64,000 nt of DNA from Ruminococcus sp. (GCA_029060305.1 JAIDUG010000054.1:38612-102611); one strand, 5' to 3'. Positions 18,508 through 28,075 are shown, counted from the first letter of the stretch. The notes: generated by a model not told the origin, from the sequence alone. Numbers and translations: made by a program.

Positions 18508-19935
18508 ATGAGAAGATTCGATACAAAAGTACAGCATCTTAAATACAGAATATTATGTGAAGTCGCACGTCAGGCGTGGAATGACACTTTACTTGAAAAC
18601 CTGATTAATATTCCTGAAATAATCGTACCTGAAAAGGTTTCTACAATGCACTGTTGCGTGTATAAGGACAGGGCTATAATTTCAAAGCAGGTAAAGATTG
18701 CGATAGGCGGTGACAAGGAAAATCCTAACGTCATTGAAGTTATTGACATTGCTTGCGATGAGTGTTCAACAGTGGGCTATGAAATAACTGATTTCTGCCG
18801 TGGCTGTCTTGCACACAGATGTGAAAACGCTTGTCCGAGAGGTGCTATTTACTACGACTACAACCATAAGGCTCATATTGACAAGGAAAAATGTGTTGAA
18901 TGTGGACAGTGTGCTAAAGTGTGTCCGTATTCCGCCATTATAAACAGAAAACGTCCGTGTCAGATTGCGTGCAAAGTAAAGGCTATTTCAATCAATGAGG
19001 ACGGTTCAGCACAGATTGACAACAGCAAGTGCGTGGAGTGCGGAGCGTGTGTTTATCAGTGTCCATTCGGTGCTATAATGGACAAATCATATATACTTGA
19101 TGTTATAGATATAATAAAGAAAAGTGACGGCAATCAGAAATATCAGGTATATGCAGTTGTTGCACCGTCAATATCAAGTCAGTTTTCATATGCGAAAACA
19201 GGTCAGGTTGTAAGCGGACTTAAAAAACTTGGTTTTTCGTCTGTTGTAGAGGCGGCATTAGGTGCGGATATGGTTGCGGACAAAGAGGCGAGAGAACTTG
19301 CTGAAAAAGGTTTTCTGACAAGTTCGTGCTGTCCCGCATTTGTTTCGTACATAAAGAAACACGTGCCGAATATGACGGAAAATATTTCGCACAATCTGTC
19401 ACCAATGGCGGAAGTCTCACGATACATAAAAGAAAATAATCCGTCAGCGAAAGTCATATTCATAGGACCTTGTACTGCAAAGAAGTCTGAAATAAAACTC
19501 GATACTGTAAAACCTTATGTTGATTCCGTAATGACTTTTGAGGAACTTCAGGCAATGTTTGACAGCCGTGACATTGATATAACTACTCTTGAAGAAGATT
19601 CGCTGAATGACGCTTCATTCTACGGAAGAATATTTGCAAGAAGCGGTGGACTGTCGGAAGCAGTCGCACAGGGTCTGAAAGAAAACGGTCTGGAAGATTT
19701 TGACCTGAAACCGTGTATATGCAATGGTATTGACGAATGTAAGGTTGCACTTCTGAAAGCTCAGAAAAAAGTCCTTAAGGAAAACTTTATTGAGGGAATG
19801 GTGTGTACTGACGGTTGCATAGGCGGAGCAGGCTGTCTTACTCACGGTGCTAAAAGCAAAACTCAGGTTGACAAGTACGGAAAAGAATCTTCCGAAAAGA
19901 CTATTAAGGACGCTGTAAATAATTTCAAGATATGA
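18508..19935 (+). CDS. hydA: Monomeric ferredoxin-type [FeFe]-hydrogenase (group B-like) with N-terminal 4Fe-4S clusters
   Basis: H-cluster motifs TSSCCPAF, FIGPCTAKKSE and EGMVCTDGCIGG; several CxxCxxCxxxCP ferredoxin motifs; start ATG 18508 (GAGGTGA RBS). Confidence 0.9.
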   Translation: MRRFDTKVQHLKYRILCEVARQAWNDTLLENLINIPEIIVPEKVSTMHCCVYKDRAIISKQVKIAIGGDKENPNVIEVIDIACDECSTVGYEITDFCRGCLAHRCENACPRGAIYYDYNHKAHIDKEKCVECGQCAKVCPYSAIINRKRPCQIACKVKAISINEDGSAQIDNSKCVECGACVYQCPFGAIMDKSYILDVIDIIKKSDGNQKYQVYAVVAPSISSQFSYAKTGQVVSGLKKLGFSSVVEAALGADMVADKEARELAEKGFLTSSCCPAFVSYIKKHVPNMTENISHNLSPMAEVSRYIKENNPSAKVIFIGPCTAKKSEIKLDTVKPYVDSVMTFEELQAMFDSRDIDITTLEEDSLNDASFYGRIFARSGGLSEAVAQGLKENGLEDFDLKPCICNGIDECKVALLKAQKKVLKENFIEGMVCTDGCIGGAGCLTHGAKSKTQVDKYGKESSEKTIKDAVNNFKI

Positions 19936-19960
19936 CAGTAATTTTCAGATAATAAGTAAT

Positions 19961-19994
19961 ATTTCCGTATGTCGAAAGATGTACGGAAATTTTT
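19961..19994 (+). terminator. Intrinsic terminator
   Basis: ATTTCCGTA-tgtcgaaagatg-TACGGAAAT-TTTT. Confidence 0.75.
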
Positions 19995-20015
19995 ACTAAT
20001 TTTTTTGTCAGGGGC

Positions 20016-20044
20016 TTGAAATTTTCTGTAAGATATGATATAAT
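20016..20044 (+). promoter_or_regulatory. Sigma-A promoter heading the 20.1-23.9 kb operon
   Basis: TTGAAA-17-TATAAT with TGn. Confidence 0.75.
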
Positions 20045-20078
20045 AAAAAAGTCATTTCAGAAAAGGTGGTGAAAAGGT

Positions 20079-20594
20079 ATGAGGTGGAACAAAGCTCAGA
20101 ACGAACTTTACAGCAGATTAGCGGACTGTCTGAAAAAACGTGTGATTTATGATATTGATATAGATAAGTATACCGATACACATATTCACGGGTTTCGCAT
20201 AATTGTTGACGGCGAAACGTGGTTTGAAAACAATGAAGATTTATGGGAGAATAAGGTTGTGGAGTACGGAAGTCAACACACTAAACCGCCATTTAATGAC
20301 TTTATGTGGCTTACTCTGGAAGCAAGTAATTATGGTGTTTTAATGACAGCTAAGGAAATCGGCTTAATCAACTTACACTGCATTTATGATATTGTGCAAA
20401 AGTATCTCAACATATACAAAATTGATAAGTGTCTGAATCACGATAATTATATTTTCAGGGTACTTGCTGTTTTAGACCACCGCACAGGTAGACGTAAAAT
20501 TAAACAGCTCCTCGAAAATATCGACAATGAACCCATATGGTTCAGGAAGTACATAAGATTGCGTGCGAAAGCACAGAATATTTATATTGATTAA
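20079..20594 (+). CDS. Conserved hypothetical protein (SF0329-like)
   Basis: AAAGGT RBS; MRW...LAVLDHRTGRR...IRLRA pattern resembles that family from memory; unverified. Confidence 0.55.
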   Translation: MRWNKAQNELYSRLADCLKKRVIYDIDIDKYTDTHIHGFRIIVDGETWFENNEDLWENKVVEYGSQHTKPPFNDFMWLTLEASNYGVLMTAKEIGLINLHCIYDIVQKYLNIYKIDKCLNHDNYIFRVLAVLDHRTGRRKIKQLLENIDNEPIWFRKYIRLRAKAQNIYID

Positions 20595-20624
20595 CCAATA
20601 TTATAAATGAAACGGGGTAATTTA

Positions 20625-21242
20625 ATGAAAGTACTTTTAATCAACGGAAGTCCACATTTAAAGGGCAATACATACATTGCCCTGAATGAAATGGAAAAAA
20701 TCTTCCACGAAAACGGCGTTGAAACGGAAATCGTCCACGTTGGAAACAAAGATGTAAGAGGTTGCATAGCCTGCAACTCTTGTGCGACAAACGGAAAATG
20801 CGTTTTTGACGATGTTGTGAACGAAACAGCAAAGAAGTTTGAGGAGTGCGACGGAATTGTTGTCGGAACACCTGTTTATTACGCTTCCGCTAACTCAACT
20901 CTTATTTCTTTCCTGACAAGACTTTTCTACAGTACGCATTTTGACAAGACTATGAAAGTCGGAGCAGGAGTAGCCGTTGCAAGACGTGGCGGTCTGTCTG
21001 CTACTTTCGACGAAATGAATAAATTCTTTACTATTTCGGGAATGCCTGTTGCATCAAGTCAGTACTGGAACAGCGTACACGGCAGAGAACAGGGGGAAGC
21101 GTTGCAGGACGCTGAGGGTTTGCAGACAATGCGTACTCTCGCAAGAAATATGACTTTCCTTATGAAAAGTATCGCACTGGGTAAAGAGGCTTACGGTCTC
21201 CCCGAAAAAGAACCTTTTCAGCGTACAAATTTCATAAGATAA
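20625..21242 (+). CDS. Iron-sulfur flavoprotein / NADPH-dependent FMN reductase family
   Basis: NGSP...GNT flavodoxin start, CxxCxxCx5C cluster motif, GTPVYY. Confidence 0.88.
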   Translation: MKVLLINGSPHLKGNTYIALNEMEKIFHENGVETEIVHVGNKDVRGCIACNSCATNGKCVFDDVVNETAKKFEECDGIVVGTPVYYASANSTLISFLTRLFYSTHFDKTMKVGAGVAVARRGGLSATFDEMNKFFTISGMPVASSQYWNSVHGREQGEALQDAEGLQTMRTLARNMTFLMKSIALGKEAYGLPEKEPFQRTNFIR

Positions 21243-21266
21243 TATTATTAAGGAGGAATTTTTTTA

Positions 21267-21800
21267 ATGAAAGTATTGGTTATCACAGGAAGTCCGCACA
21301 AGAAAGGTACTACAGCAGTACTTACGGAGCAGTTTATCAAAGGTGCTGAGGAAGCAGGTCATGAAGTCTGTCGTTTCGATTCCGCATTCATGAACGTTCA
21401 TCCTTGTATCGCTTGCGAAAAATGCCACAAAACAGATACAGGTTGTGCATTCAAGGACGATATGGAAAAAATCAATCCTGAACTCGTTTCAGCAGACGTG
21501 ATTGTTTTCGTAACACCCATTTACTATTACGGAATGAACGCTCAGATAAGAACAGTTATAGACCGTTTCTATGCAAACGATGCTTCACTTCACGGCAACA
21601 GAAAGACTGCACTTATGGTGACTATGGCTGATGATACTATGGAATCAGCAGAAGGTGCGATTGCTTCATTTAAGGGAATGGCAAATTATCTTGACTGGGA
21701 GATTTCAGGAATGGTAATAGGCGTTGATTGTGGAGACGTTTCCGCACTCGAAAAGACAGATTATCCTGAACAGGCTTACAACCTCGGAAAGAACATATAA
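21267..21800 (+). CDS. Iron-sulfur flavoprotein (second paralog)
   Basis: TGSPHKKGTT, CxxCxxCx6C, TPIYY; AAGGAGG RBS. Confidence 0.88.
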   Translation: MKVLVITGSPHKKGTTAVLTEQFIKGAEEAGHEVCRFDSAFMNVHPCIACEKCHKTDTGCAFKDDMEKINPELVSADVIVFVTPIYYYGMNAQIRTVIDRFYANDASLHGNRKTALMVTMADDTMESAEGAIASFKGMANYLDWEISGMVIGVDCGDVSALEKTDYPEQAYNLGKNI

Positions 21801-21812
21801 GGAGATTTATTT

Positions 21813-22370
21813 ATGACAAACTCGGCATTAATAAGTAAAAAAAGCGTTTCCGTAAAGAAACAGACTATTGTTGCATTGCTTGCAATTGTATCAGCAGTTG
21901 TACTTCCGCAGTGCGTTCACGTAATGGGCAGTATGTCGGGACTTGGCACGGCTCTTGGTGAAGTATTTCTTCCTATGCACCTGCCTGTACTTCTTGCCGG
22001 ACTTGTTGCAGGTTCTTACGCCGGAGCTTTTGCAGGACTTTTCAGTCCGCTTATAAGTTTTGCACTTACCGGAATGCCGTCTGCTGTAATGCTTCCTTTC
22101 ATGATGATTGAACTTTTTTCATACGGACTTATCAGCGGACTTCTCCGCAATTCAAAAATGCCTTGTATCGCAAAAGTCCTCACAGCACAGGCAGGCGGAC
22201 GTGCAGTACGTGCAATTGCAATTCTTCTTTCCGTTTACGCTTTCGGAAACACTGCAATCAATACGACTGTAATTCTCAGCAGTATAGCAGTCGGAATTTT
22301 CGGACTTGTTTTACAGTGGACTTTGATTCCGCTTATAATGTACCGTCTTGACGGCAAAAAATCCGAATAA
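21813..22370 (+). CDS. ECF transporter S-component
   Basis: ~185 aa, ~6 TM, FLPMHLPVLLAGL...G...GLFSPLISF..TGMP...MMIEL signature. Confidence 0.8.
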   Translation: MTNSALISKKSVSVKKQTIVALLAIVSAVVLPQCVHVMGSMSGLGTALGEVFLPMHLPVLLAGLVAGSYAGAFAGLFSPLISFALTGMPSAVMLPFMMIELFSYGLISGLLRNSKMPCIAKVLTAQAGGRAVRAIAILLSVYAFGNTAINTTVILSSIAVGIFGLVLQWTLIPLIMYRLDGKKSE

Positions 22371-22388
22371 TACAGGGAGGAAATTTTT

Positions 22389-23510
22389 ATGGCATATCTC
22401 GGAGAAGATATTAAAAAACTTGGTTTCGGACTTATGCGTTTGCCACAGAAAGACGGTTCTATAGATATTGAACATACTAAAAAAATGGTTGATATGTTTA
22501 TGGAAGCAGGATTCACATATTTTGATACTGCATGGGCTTACGCAGGAAGTGAAGACGCTATCAGACAGGCACTTGTTGAACGCTATCCACGTGAGAGTTA
22601 CCAGCTTGCAACAAAAAACGCTGCGTGGATTAACTGCAAAACCAAAGAAGAAGCTCAGCAACAGCTTGAAGTTTCGTTGAAACAGACCGGAGCAGGTTAT
22701 ATTGACTTTTATCTGTTGCATAACCTCGGCGAAACTCGTACACATTATTTTGATGATTTCAATATGTGGGAATGGGTGCAGGAAAAGAAAAAAGAAGGTG
22801 TACTCCGTCATGTAGGATTTTCTTTCCATTCAACGCCTGACGAACTTGAGGAAATACTCATTGCACATCCTGAAATGGAGTTTGTACAGTTGCAGATTAA
22901 CTATGCTGACTGGGAAGATTCTGCAATATGTTCAAGACGTTGTTATGAAGTAGCAAGAAAGTATAATAAACCTGTTATCATTATGGAACCCGTAAAAGGC
23001 GGACTTCTTGCAAACCCTCCGCAGTCGGTGACGGATATTCTCAAATCGGCAGAGCCTGAAATGTCGCTGGCATCATGGGCAGTGAGATTCTGTGCAGATT
23101 TGGACGGAGTAATTACTGTACTTTCTGGAATGAGCAATATCGAACAAATGCAGGATAACCTTTCATATATGAAAGATTTTAAGGGACTTACGGAAGAAGA
23201 AAAAAATACCATTGTCCTTGCACAGACAGAACTCAGCAAAATACCGATTATTCCGTGTACTTCCTGTAACTACTGTTCAAAAGTCTGTCCAATGGATATA
23301 GGAGTATCAGGTTCATTTACAGCACTGAACTATGTTACAACTTACGGAAACAAAGCGTTTGCACTTAGTCAAGAGGGTTGGCTTGTTGGCGGTCACGGAA
23401 AGAAACGTGCAGACGAATGTATAAAATGTGGCAAATGTGAAAAAGTCTGTCCGCAACATATAAAAATCCGTGAGGAACTGGAGAGGGTCTGCGATGTGCT
23501 TATCAAGTGA
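22389..23510 (+). CDS. Aldo/keto reductase with C-terminal 2x[4Fe-4S] domain
   Basis: LGFGLMRLP, YFDTAWAY, YIDFYLLH, IMEPVKGG; CTSCNYC..CP and CIKCGKCEKVCPQ. Confidence 0.9.
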   Translation: MAYLGEDIKKLGFGLMRLPQKDGSIDIEHTKKMVDMFMEAGFTYFDTAWAYAGSEDAIRQALVERYPRESYQLATKNAAWINCKTKEEAQQQLEVSLKQTGAGYIDFYLLHNLGETRTHYFDDFNMWEWVQEKKKEGVLRHVGFSFHSTPDELEEILIAHPEMEFVQLQINYADWEDSAICSRRCYEVARKYNKPVIIMEPVKGGLLANPPQSVTDILKSAEPEMSLASWAVRFCADLDGVITVLSGMSNIEQMQDNLSYMKDFKGLTEEEKNTIVLAQTELSKIPIIPCTSCNYCSKVCPMDIGVSGSFTALNYVTTYGNKAFALSQEGWLVGGHGKKRADECIKCGKCEKVCPQHIKIREELERVCDVLIK

Positions 23511-23928
23511 TGTGGAAAAGGCAAAGGAAGTTTTCGATAGCGGAAAATATACTTGCGTTTTGTGCAAAGGTGATACATTAATTACAAGCACTGAACGTGG
23601 CGTTAAACCGCTTGTCGATTTTATTGACAGCGGTGAAGATTATACAGGTTTTTCAGCAGTTGATAAAATCGTCGGAAAATCAGCAGGACATCTTTATATG
23701 CTTATGGGTGTGAAAAGTGTTCACGCTGTTGTGATGAGCAGGGAAGCGTCGGAATTTCTTACTTCCGGCGGTGTGAAATCAACCGCTGATACATTTACCG
23801 AAAAGATTATTAACCGTATGGGAAACGATATTTGTCCTATGGAAAAATTTGTTGCAGGAATTGACGATTCACAGCTTGCACTTCTCAGAATCCGTGAGAC
23901 TATGGCGGAACTTCAGAAAAATCATTAA
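23494..23928 (+). CDS. DUF1893 (TM1506-like) protein
   Basis: RGVKPL, DKIVGK and IINRMG.DICPME motifs; ATG 23494 overlaps the end of the AKR gene. Confidence 0.8.
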   Translation: MCLSSDVEKAKEVFDSGKYTCVLCKGDTLITSTERGVKPLVDFIDSGEDYTGFSAVDKIVGKSAGHLYMLMGVKSVHAVVMSREASEFLTSGGVKSTADTFTEKIINRMGNDICPMEKFVAGIDDSQLALLRIRETMAELQKNH

Positions 23929-23934
23929 TTAAAA

Positions 23935-23967
23935 CAAAGGCGTGTATTATATGGTACACGCCTTTTG
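23935..23967 (+). terminator. Intrinsic terminator ending the redox operon
   Basis: AAAGGCGTGTA-ttatatgg-TACACGCCTTT-T. Confidence 0.8.
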
Positions 23968-23994
23968 AAATATATAATATAAGAGGTGTTTTTT

Positions 23995-24669
23995 ATGAGA
24001 GAATCAGAAAGTTTTATTGACATTATTTGTGAAAATTATTCTGCTCCTGAAAATTCAAACACGCCGTTCAGTGACGACGATATAAGAAATTTTGAAAAGG
24101 CTTTAGGTGCTGAATTACCGTCCGACTATTACGAATTTCTTAAAGTTTACGGTTTCGGAAGTTTCAGTGATTACTTTTATATAAGTAATCCGTTTATTGA
24201 AAATGGTACTGATATTTTTATTTCTGAAAATGCAAGACAAAAAGAAATTTACGCTTTTCTTGAGCGTGACGTGGATAAAACTATAAACGGTTGGATTACT
24301 TTTGTTGACTGTAGATTCATAAACGGACAAGTGGAAGTAGTTGCAGGAAATCCGGCACTTCTTGAGACCATGCGGACGGAAAAAATTGACGTTTACACAC
24401 GAAGCAAAATAATAGCTTTCGGAAACCATTTCCCATACTCTTTTTACCCAGACAAATCAGACGGGCTTATTTTTATAGGTCGTACAGACGACGAGGATTT
24501 TTTTTACAGATATTCAGACGGTAAATACAGCATTGTAATGTATGATGATGATTACTATGAGTTTGATATGACGTTTACCGAATTTGTATACAACTATCTT
24601 ACCGCAAAAATAAAACTTCCAATGGGAAATGAAGAAACTGAATGGGAATTTATACCTTTCGGGGAATAA
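23995..24669 (+). CDS. SMI1/KNR4 (SUKH) family protein, putative orphan immunity protein
   Basis: DDIRNFEKALGAELPSDYYEFLKVYGFGSF is the SMI1/KNR4 N-terminal signature; ends F.EF.YNYL. Confidence 0.75.
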   Translation: MRESESFIDIICENYSAPENSNTPFSDDDIRNFEKALGAELPSDYYEFLKVYGFGSFSDYFYISNPFIENGTDIFISENARQKEIYAFLERDVDKTINGWITFVDCRFINGQVEVVAGNPALLETMRTEKIDVYTRSKIIAFGNHFPYSFYPDKSDGLIFIGRTDDEDFFYRYSDGKYSIVMYDDDYYEFDMTFTEFVYNYLTAKIKLPMGNEETEWEFIPFGE

Positions 24670-24754
24670 AAAACTCTATTATGAATTTTCGTAATTTCTT
24701 ATAGAAACATATAATAATTTGTTAATATTTCGGAAATGTTTTTTGAAAAACCTA

Positions 24755-24783
24755 TTGCATTTTCCGGAAAAGTATGCTATAAT
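24755..24783 (+). promoter_or_regulatory. Sigma-A promoter of the PL11 gene
   Basis: TTGCAT-17-TATAAT; the spacer holds the palindrome TTTCCGGAAA. Confidence 0.7.
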
Positions 24784-24855
24784 TAAATTACATTATATTT
24801 GAGAGGTTTGTGGATAAATTTTTATTAATTTTTTATATTGGAGGAATGATTCTAT

Positions 24856-27800
24856 ATGCACATGAAGAAAAAAGTGTCTGCATTGCTTGCCAGTGTTGTA
24901 TCGCTGACGGCTCTGAACAGTATTCCGATGTGTGTTCCTTATGCAAATGCTCTTAACATCAATAACACACAAAGTAACGTTGTGGAGTACCTTAACAGAG
25001 GTATAAGTGCAGTCAATACCGGCGATGGTATGCTTGTAAACTGGCGTTTCCTTGCCACCGACCCCGACAATGCAGTATTTAAACTTTACCGTGATAATAC
25101 ACTTGTTTACACAAGTACTGACAAGGACAATTCATATACAAAGGGTGCGACCTGTTTCCTTGATAAATCCGGAAACGCAAAGTCAGTATATAAAGTCGAA
25201 TGTTATAATGGTTCGGAGCTTCTCACAAGTGATACCTGCTCCATTGAGGCAGATGCTCCGTATTTTGACATAAAATTAAGTCCGCCGAGTTCAAACCATA
25301 CCCCTAACGATATGTCTGTGGGTGATGTTGACGGCGACGGTGAATATGAACTCTTTCTCAAATGGGACCCGACTGACTCAAAAGACAATTCACAAAAGGG
25401 TAAAACCGGTAAGGTATATATTGACTGCTATAAACTCAACGGAAAGCGTTTGTGGAGAATAGATTTAGGCGTTAATATCCGTGCCGGTGCACATTATACA
25501 CAGTTTTTCGTAGCCGACTACGACCTTGACGGTAAAGCAGAAATGTGTTGTAAGACTGCTGACGGTACTGTTGACGGTACAGGAAAAGTAATCGGTGACG
25601 CTTCAAAAGATTACCGTGATTCTTCCGGTTTCATAATTCAAGGTGATGAGTTCTATACTCTTTTCGACGGTGCAACAGGTGCTGAACTTGATACCGTGCC
25701 TTATGAACCCGCAAGAGGTGATACAACAAAATGGGGCAAGACAAGCGACAAAACAAACCGTGTTGACAGATTCTGGGGTACTACTGCATATCTTGACGGT
25801 GTACACCCTTGTGTTGTTACCGGTCGTGGTTATTATGCAAGAATGACTGCAACTGCTTACAAGGTTGAAAACAAGAAACTCGTGAAAATGTGGAATTTCG
25901 ATACCGGAACGAGTAGCAGTTCAGCCGGTTGGGGTGACGGTAACCATAATACTATGGCGGCAGACGTGGACGGCGACGGAAAACAGGAAATTATTACAGG
26001 GTCTACCTGTATCGACGATAACGGCAAGATTCTTTGGAATACCAATCAGGGACACGGTGATGCTATGCACGTCGGAGACCTTGACCCAGATAACCCAGGA
26101 CTTGAAGCGTGGATTTGTCATGAAGATAAACCCTATGGCGTTTCGCTTATTGACTGCGATACCGGAAAAATTATTTTCCACAATAACGGTGCAGGTGATA
26201 CCGGACGTTGTTGTGCCGATAATATATGGGCTGGTAATCCTGGTGCGGAATTATGGGGTAATAAGGAATCAGATGATTCCACACCTGTAAAGAACGTAAA
26301 GGGCGAAACTCTTTCTTGTAACAGACCGGCTATAAACTTCCTGACATACTGGGACGGCGATTTGGAACGTGAAATACTTGACGGTTACACAGATTCTCCG
26401 GCAAAAATCAGCAAAATGAACGAAAACGGCAAAATAACTCAGCTTATGCAGACAGACGGTTACTACACTTGTAATACAACAAAAGGTACTCCGTGTCTTT
26501 CCGCTGATATTTTCGGTGACTGGCGTGAAGAATTAATCGTCCGTTCTGCCGACAGCAAGTCAATAAGAATATTCACGACAACTTACGATACCGATTACAG
26601 AATACAGACCCTTATGCACGACCCGCATTATCGTTCACAGGTTTCGTCACAGAATACCGCATATAATCAGCCACCGCATACGAGCTTTTTCATAGGTACA
26701 GGTTACAAAATGCCTGAACGTTCAAAGTGTACCGTAAACAACGTAAACGGCAATGGCGGTACAGTAGTTACACCTCCTACTCCGACACCTACAAAGACGA
26801 CTGCTGTAATGGATACTTCTGTCAAGTATATGTTTAAGAACGTCGGAAGCGGTCTCTATCTTGATGTTGATGGTGCAAAGGCTGAAGCAGGTACAAACGT
26901 TCAGCAGTGGGGTGCAGACGGTGAAGCTGTACAGAATACATGGAAACTTCAGGATGCAGGTGACGGTTACTATTATATACGTTCATACGTCGGTGACGGA
27001 AAATCATACTATCTTGATTTGACCGCCGGAAAAACTGCTGACGGTACTAATATTGAAATATGGGCTAAAAACGAAAAGGACGCTCAGAAATTCAAATTCT
27101 TTGATAACGGCGACGGTACTTATACTATCGCTACAAAATCAACCAAAGATGCAAGCTGTCTGACAGTAGAGAATGATTCAAAGAGTTCAGGAGCAAATAT
27201 CATACAGAGCAAGGACAATGGAAGTGATTCTCAGAAGTGGACTGTCGAAAAAATTACTATCAAAGACGGCGTTGAGCTTGATACAACTAAAAATTATATG
27301 ATTCAGAACGTAAACAGCGGACTTTTCCTTGAGGTAAAGGACGGTAAAGCAGAAGCCGGTGCAAACGTTCAGCAGTGGGGTGCAGATACTGCAAATCCTG
27401 GAAATCATAATGTATGGCATTTTGAAAAGGTAAACTGGGGCTATTATTACGTTTACTCAGGAGTAGGCGAGGGAAATAATTTACTTCTCCAGTGCGATAA
27501 CAGTAAGGACGGCTCAAACATATATATAAACGACTTCCAGAAGTCAAGCAACCAGTACTTCAAGTTTGTTGACAATGAGGACGGTACTTATACTATTGTA
27601 ACACGTTCTTCAAAAGACCTTTCGTGTGTTGAAGTGGCTTCCGCTGACAAGGCTTCCGGTGCAAACGTTCAGCAGTGGACTTGGAACGACAATAACTGTC
27701 AGAAGTGGAAACTGATTCCGGTTGACTATACTCTCGCTTATCAGACAACAACTACAAAACCTGAACCCGTTGCCATTACCGGTGACGTAAACAAGGACGG

Positions 27801-27954
27801 AAAATTTGACAAGACAGACGCTGTATTAATGCAGAAATGGCTTCTCGGTGTAAAGGATTCCTCACTTGCTGACTGGCAGGCAGGCGACCTTACAGGTGAC
27901 GGAATAATCGATGTTTTCGACCTCGTGGAAATGCGTAAATCTCTTACTAAATAA
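24856..27954 (+). CDS. Cellulosomal rhamnogalacturonan lyase PL11 (YesW/YesX-like) + tandem CBM13 + dockerin
   Basis: EYLNRG, GDVDGDGEYE.FLKWDP, NIRAGAHYTQF, GHGDAMH, YNQPPH motifs; QxW repeats; dockerin GDVNKDG...DWQAGDL...DVFDL. Confidence 0.92.
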   Translation: MHMKKKVSALLASVVSLTALNSIPMCVPYANALNINNTQSNVVEYLNRGISAVNTGDGMLVNWRFLATDPDNAVFKLYRDNTLVYTSTDKDNSYTKGATCFLDKSGNAKSVYKVECYNGSELLTSDTCSIEADAPYFDIKLSPPSSNHTPNDMSVGDVDGDGEYELFLKWDPTDSKDNSQKGKTGKVYIDCYKLNGKRLWRIDLGVNIRAGAHYTQFFVADYDLDGKAEMCCKTADGTVDGTGKVIGDASKDYRDSSGFIIQGDEFYTLFDGATGAELDTVPYEPARGDTTKWGKTSDKTNRVDRFWGTTAYLDGVHPCVVTGRGYYARMTATAYKVENKKLVKMWNFDTGTSSSSAGWGDGNHNTMAADVDGDGKQEIITGSTCIDDNGKILWNTNQGHGDAMHVGDLDPDNPGLEAWICHEDKPYGVSLIDCDTGKIIFHNNGAGDTGRCCADNIWAGNPGAELWGNKESDDSTPVKNVKGETLSCNRPAINFLTYWDGDLEREILDGYTDSPAKISKMNENGKITQLMQTDGYYTCNTTKGTPCLSADIFGDWREELIVRSADSKSIRIFTTTYDTDYRIQTLMHDPHYRSQVSSQNTAYNQPPHTSFFIGTGYKMPERSKCTVNNVNGNGGTVVTPPTPTPTKTTAVMDTSVKYMFKNVGSGLYLDVDGAKAEAGTNVQQWGADGEAVQNTWKLQDAGDGYYYIRSYVGDGKSYYLDLTAGKTADGTNIEIWAKNEKDAQKFKFFDNGDGTYTIATKSTKDASCLTVENDSKSSGANIIQSKDNGSDSQKWTVEKITIKDGVELDTTKNYMIQNVNSGLFLEVKDGKAEAGANVQQWGADTANPGNHNVWHFEKVNWGYYYVYSGVGEGNNLLLQCDNSKDGSNIYINDFQKSSNQYFKFVDNEDGTYTIVTRSSKDLSCVEVASADKASGANVQQWTWNDNNCQKWKLIPVDYTLAYQTTTTKPEPVAITGDVNKDGKFDKTDAVLMQKWLLGVKDSSLADWQAGDLTGDGIIDVFDLVEMRKSLTK

Positions 27955-27968
27955 AACCTGAATATTAT

Positions 27969-28011
27969 AAAAACGTTCTCGGAGTTGAAAAAAATTCTGA
28001 GAGCGTTTTTT
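27969..28011 (+). terminator. Intrinsic terminator
   Basis: AAAACGTTCTCGGAG...TTCTGAGAGCGTTTTTT. Confidence 0.75.
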
Positions 28012-28075
28012 GTTACGTGCTGACGGTATTCACAAATTTTCGGAAAAATTGTAAAATATATACAGAGATGATATT

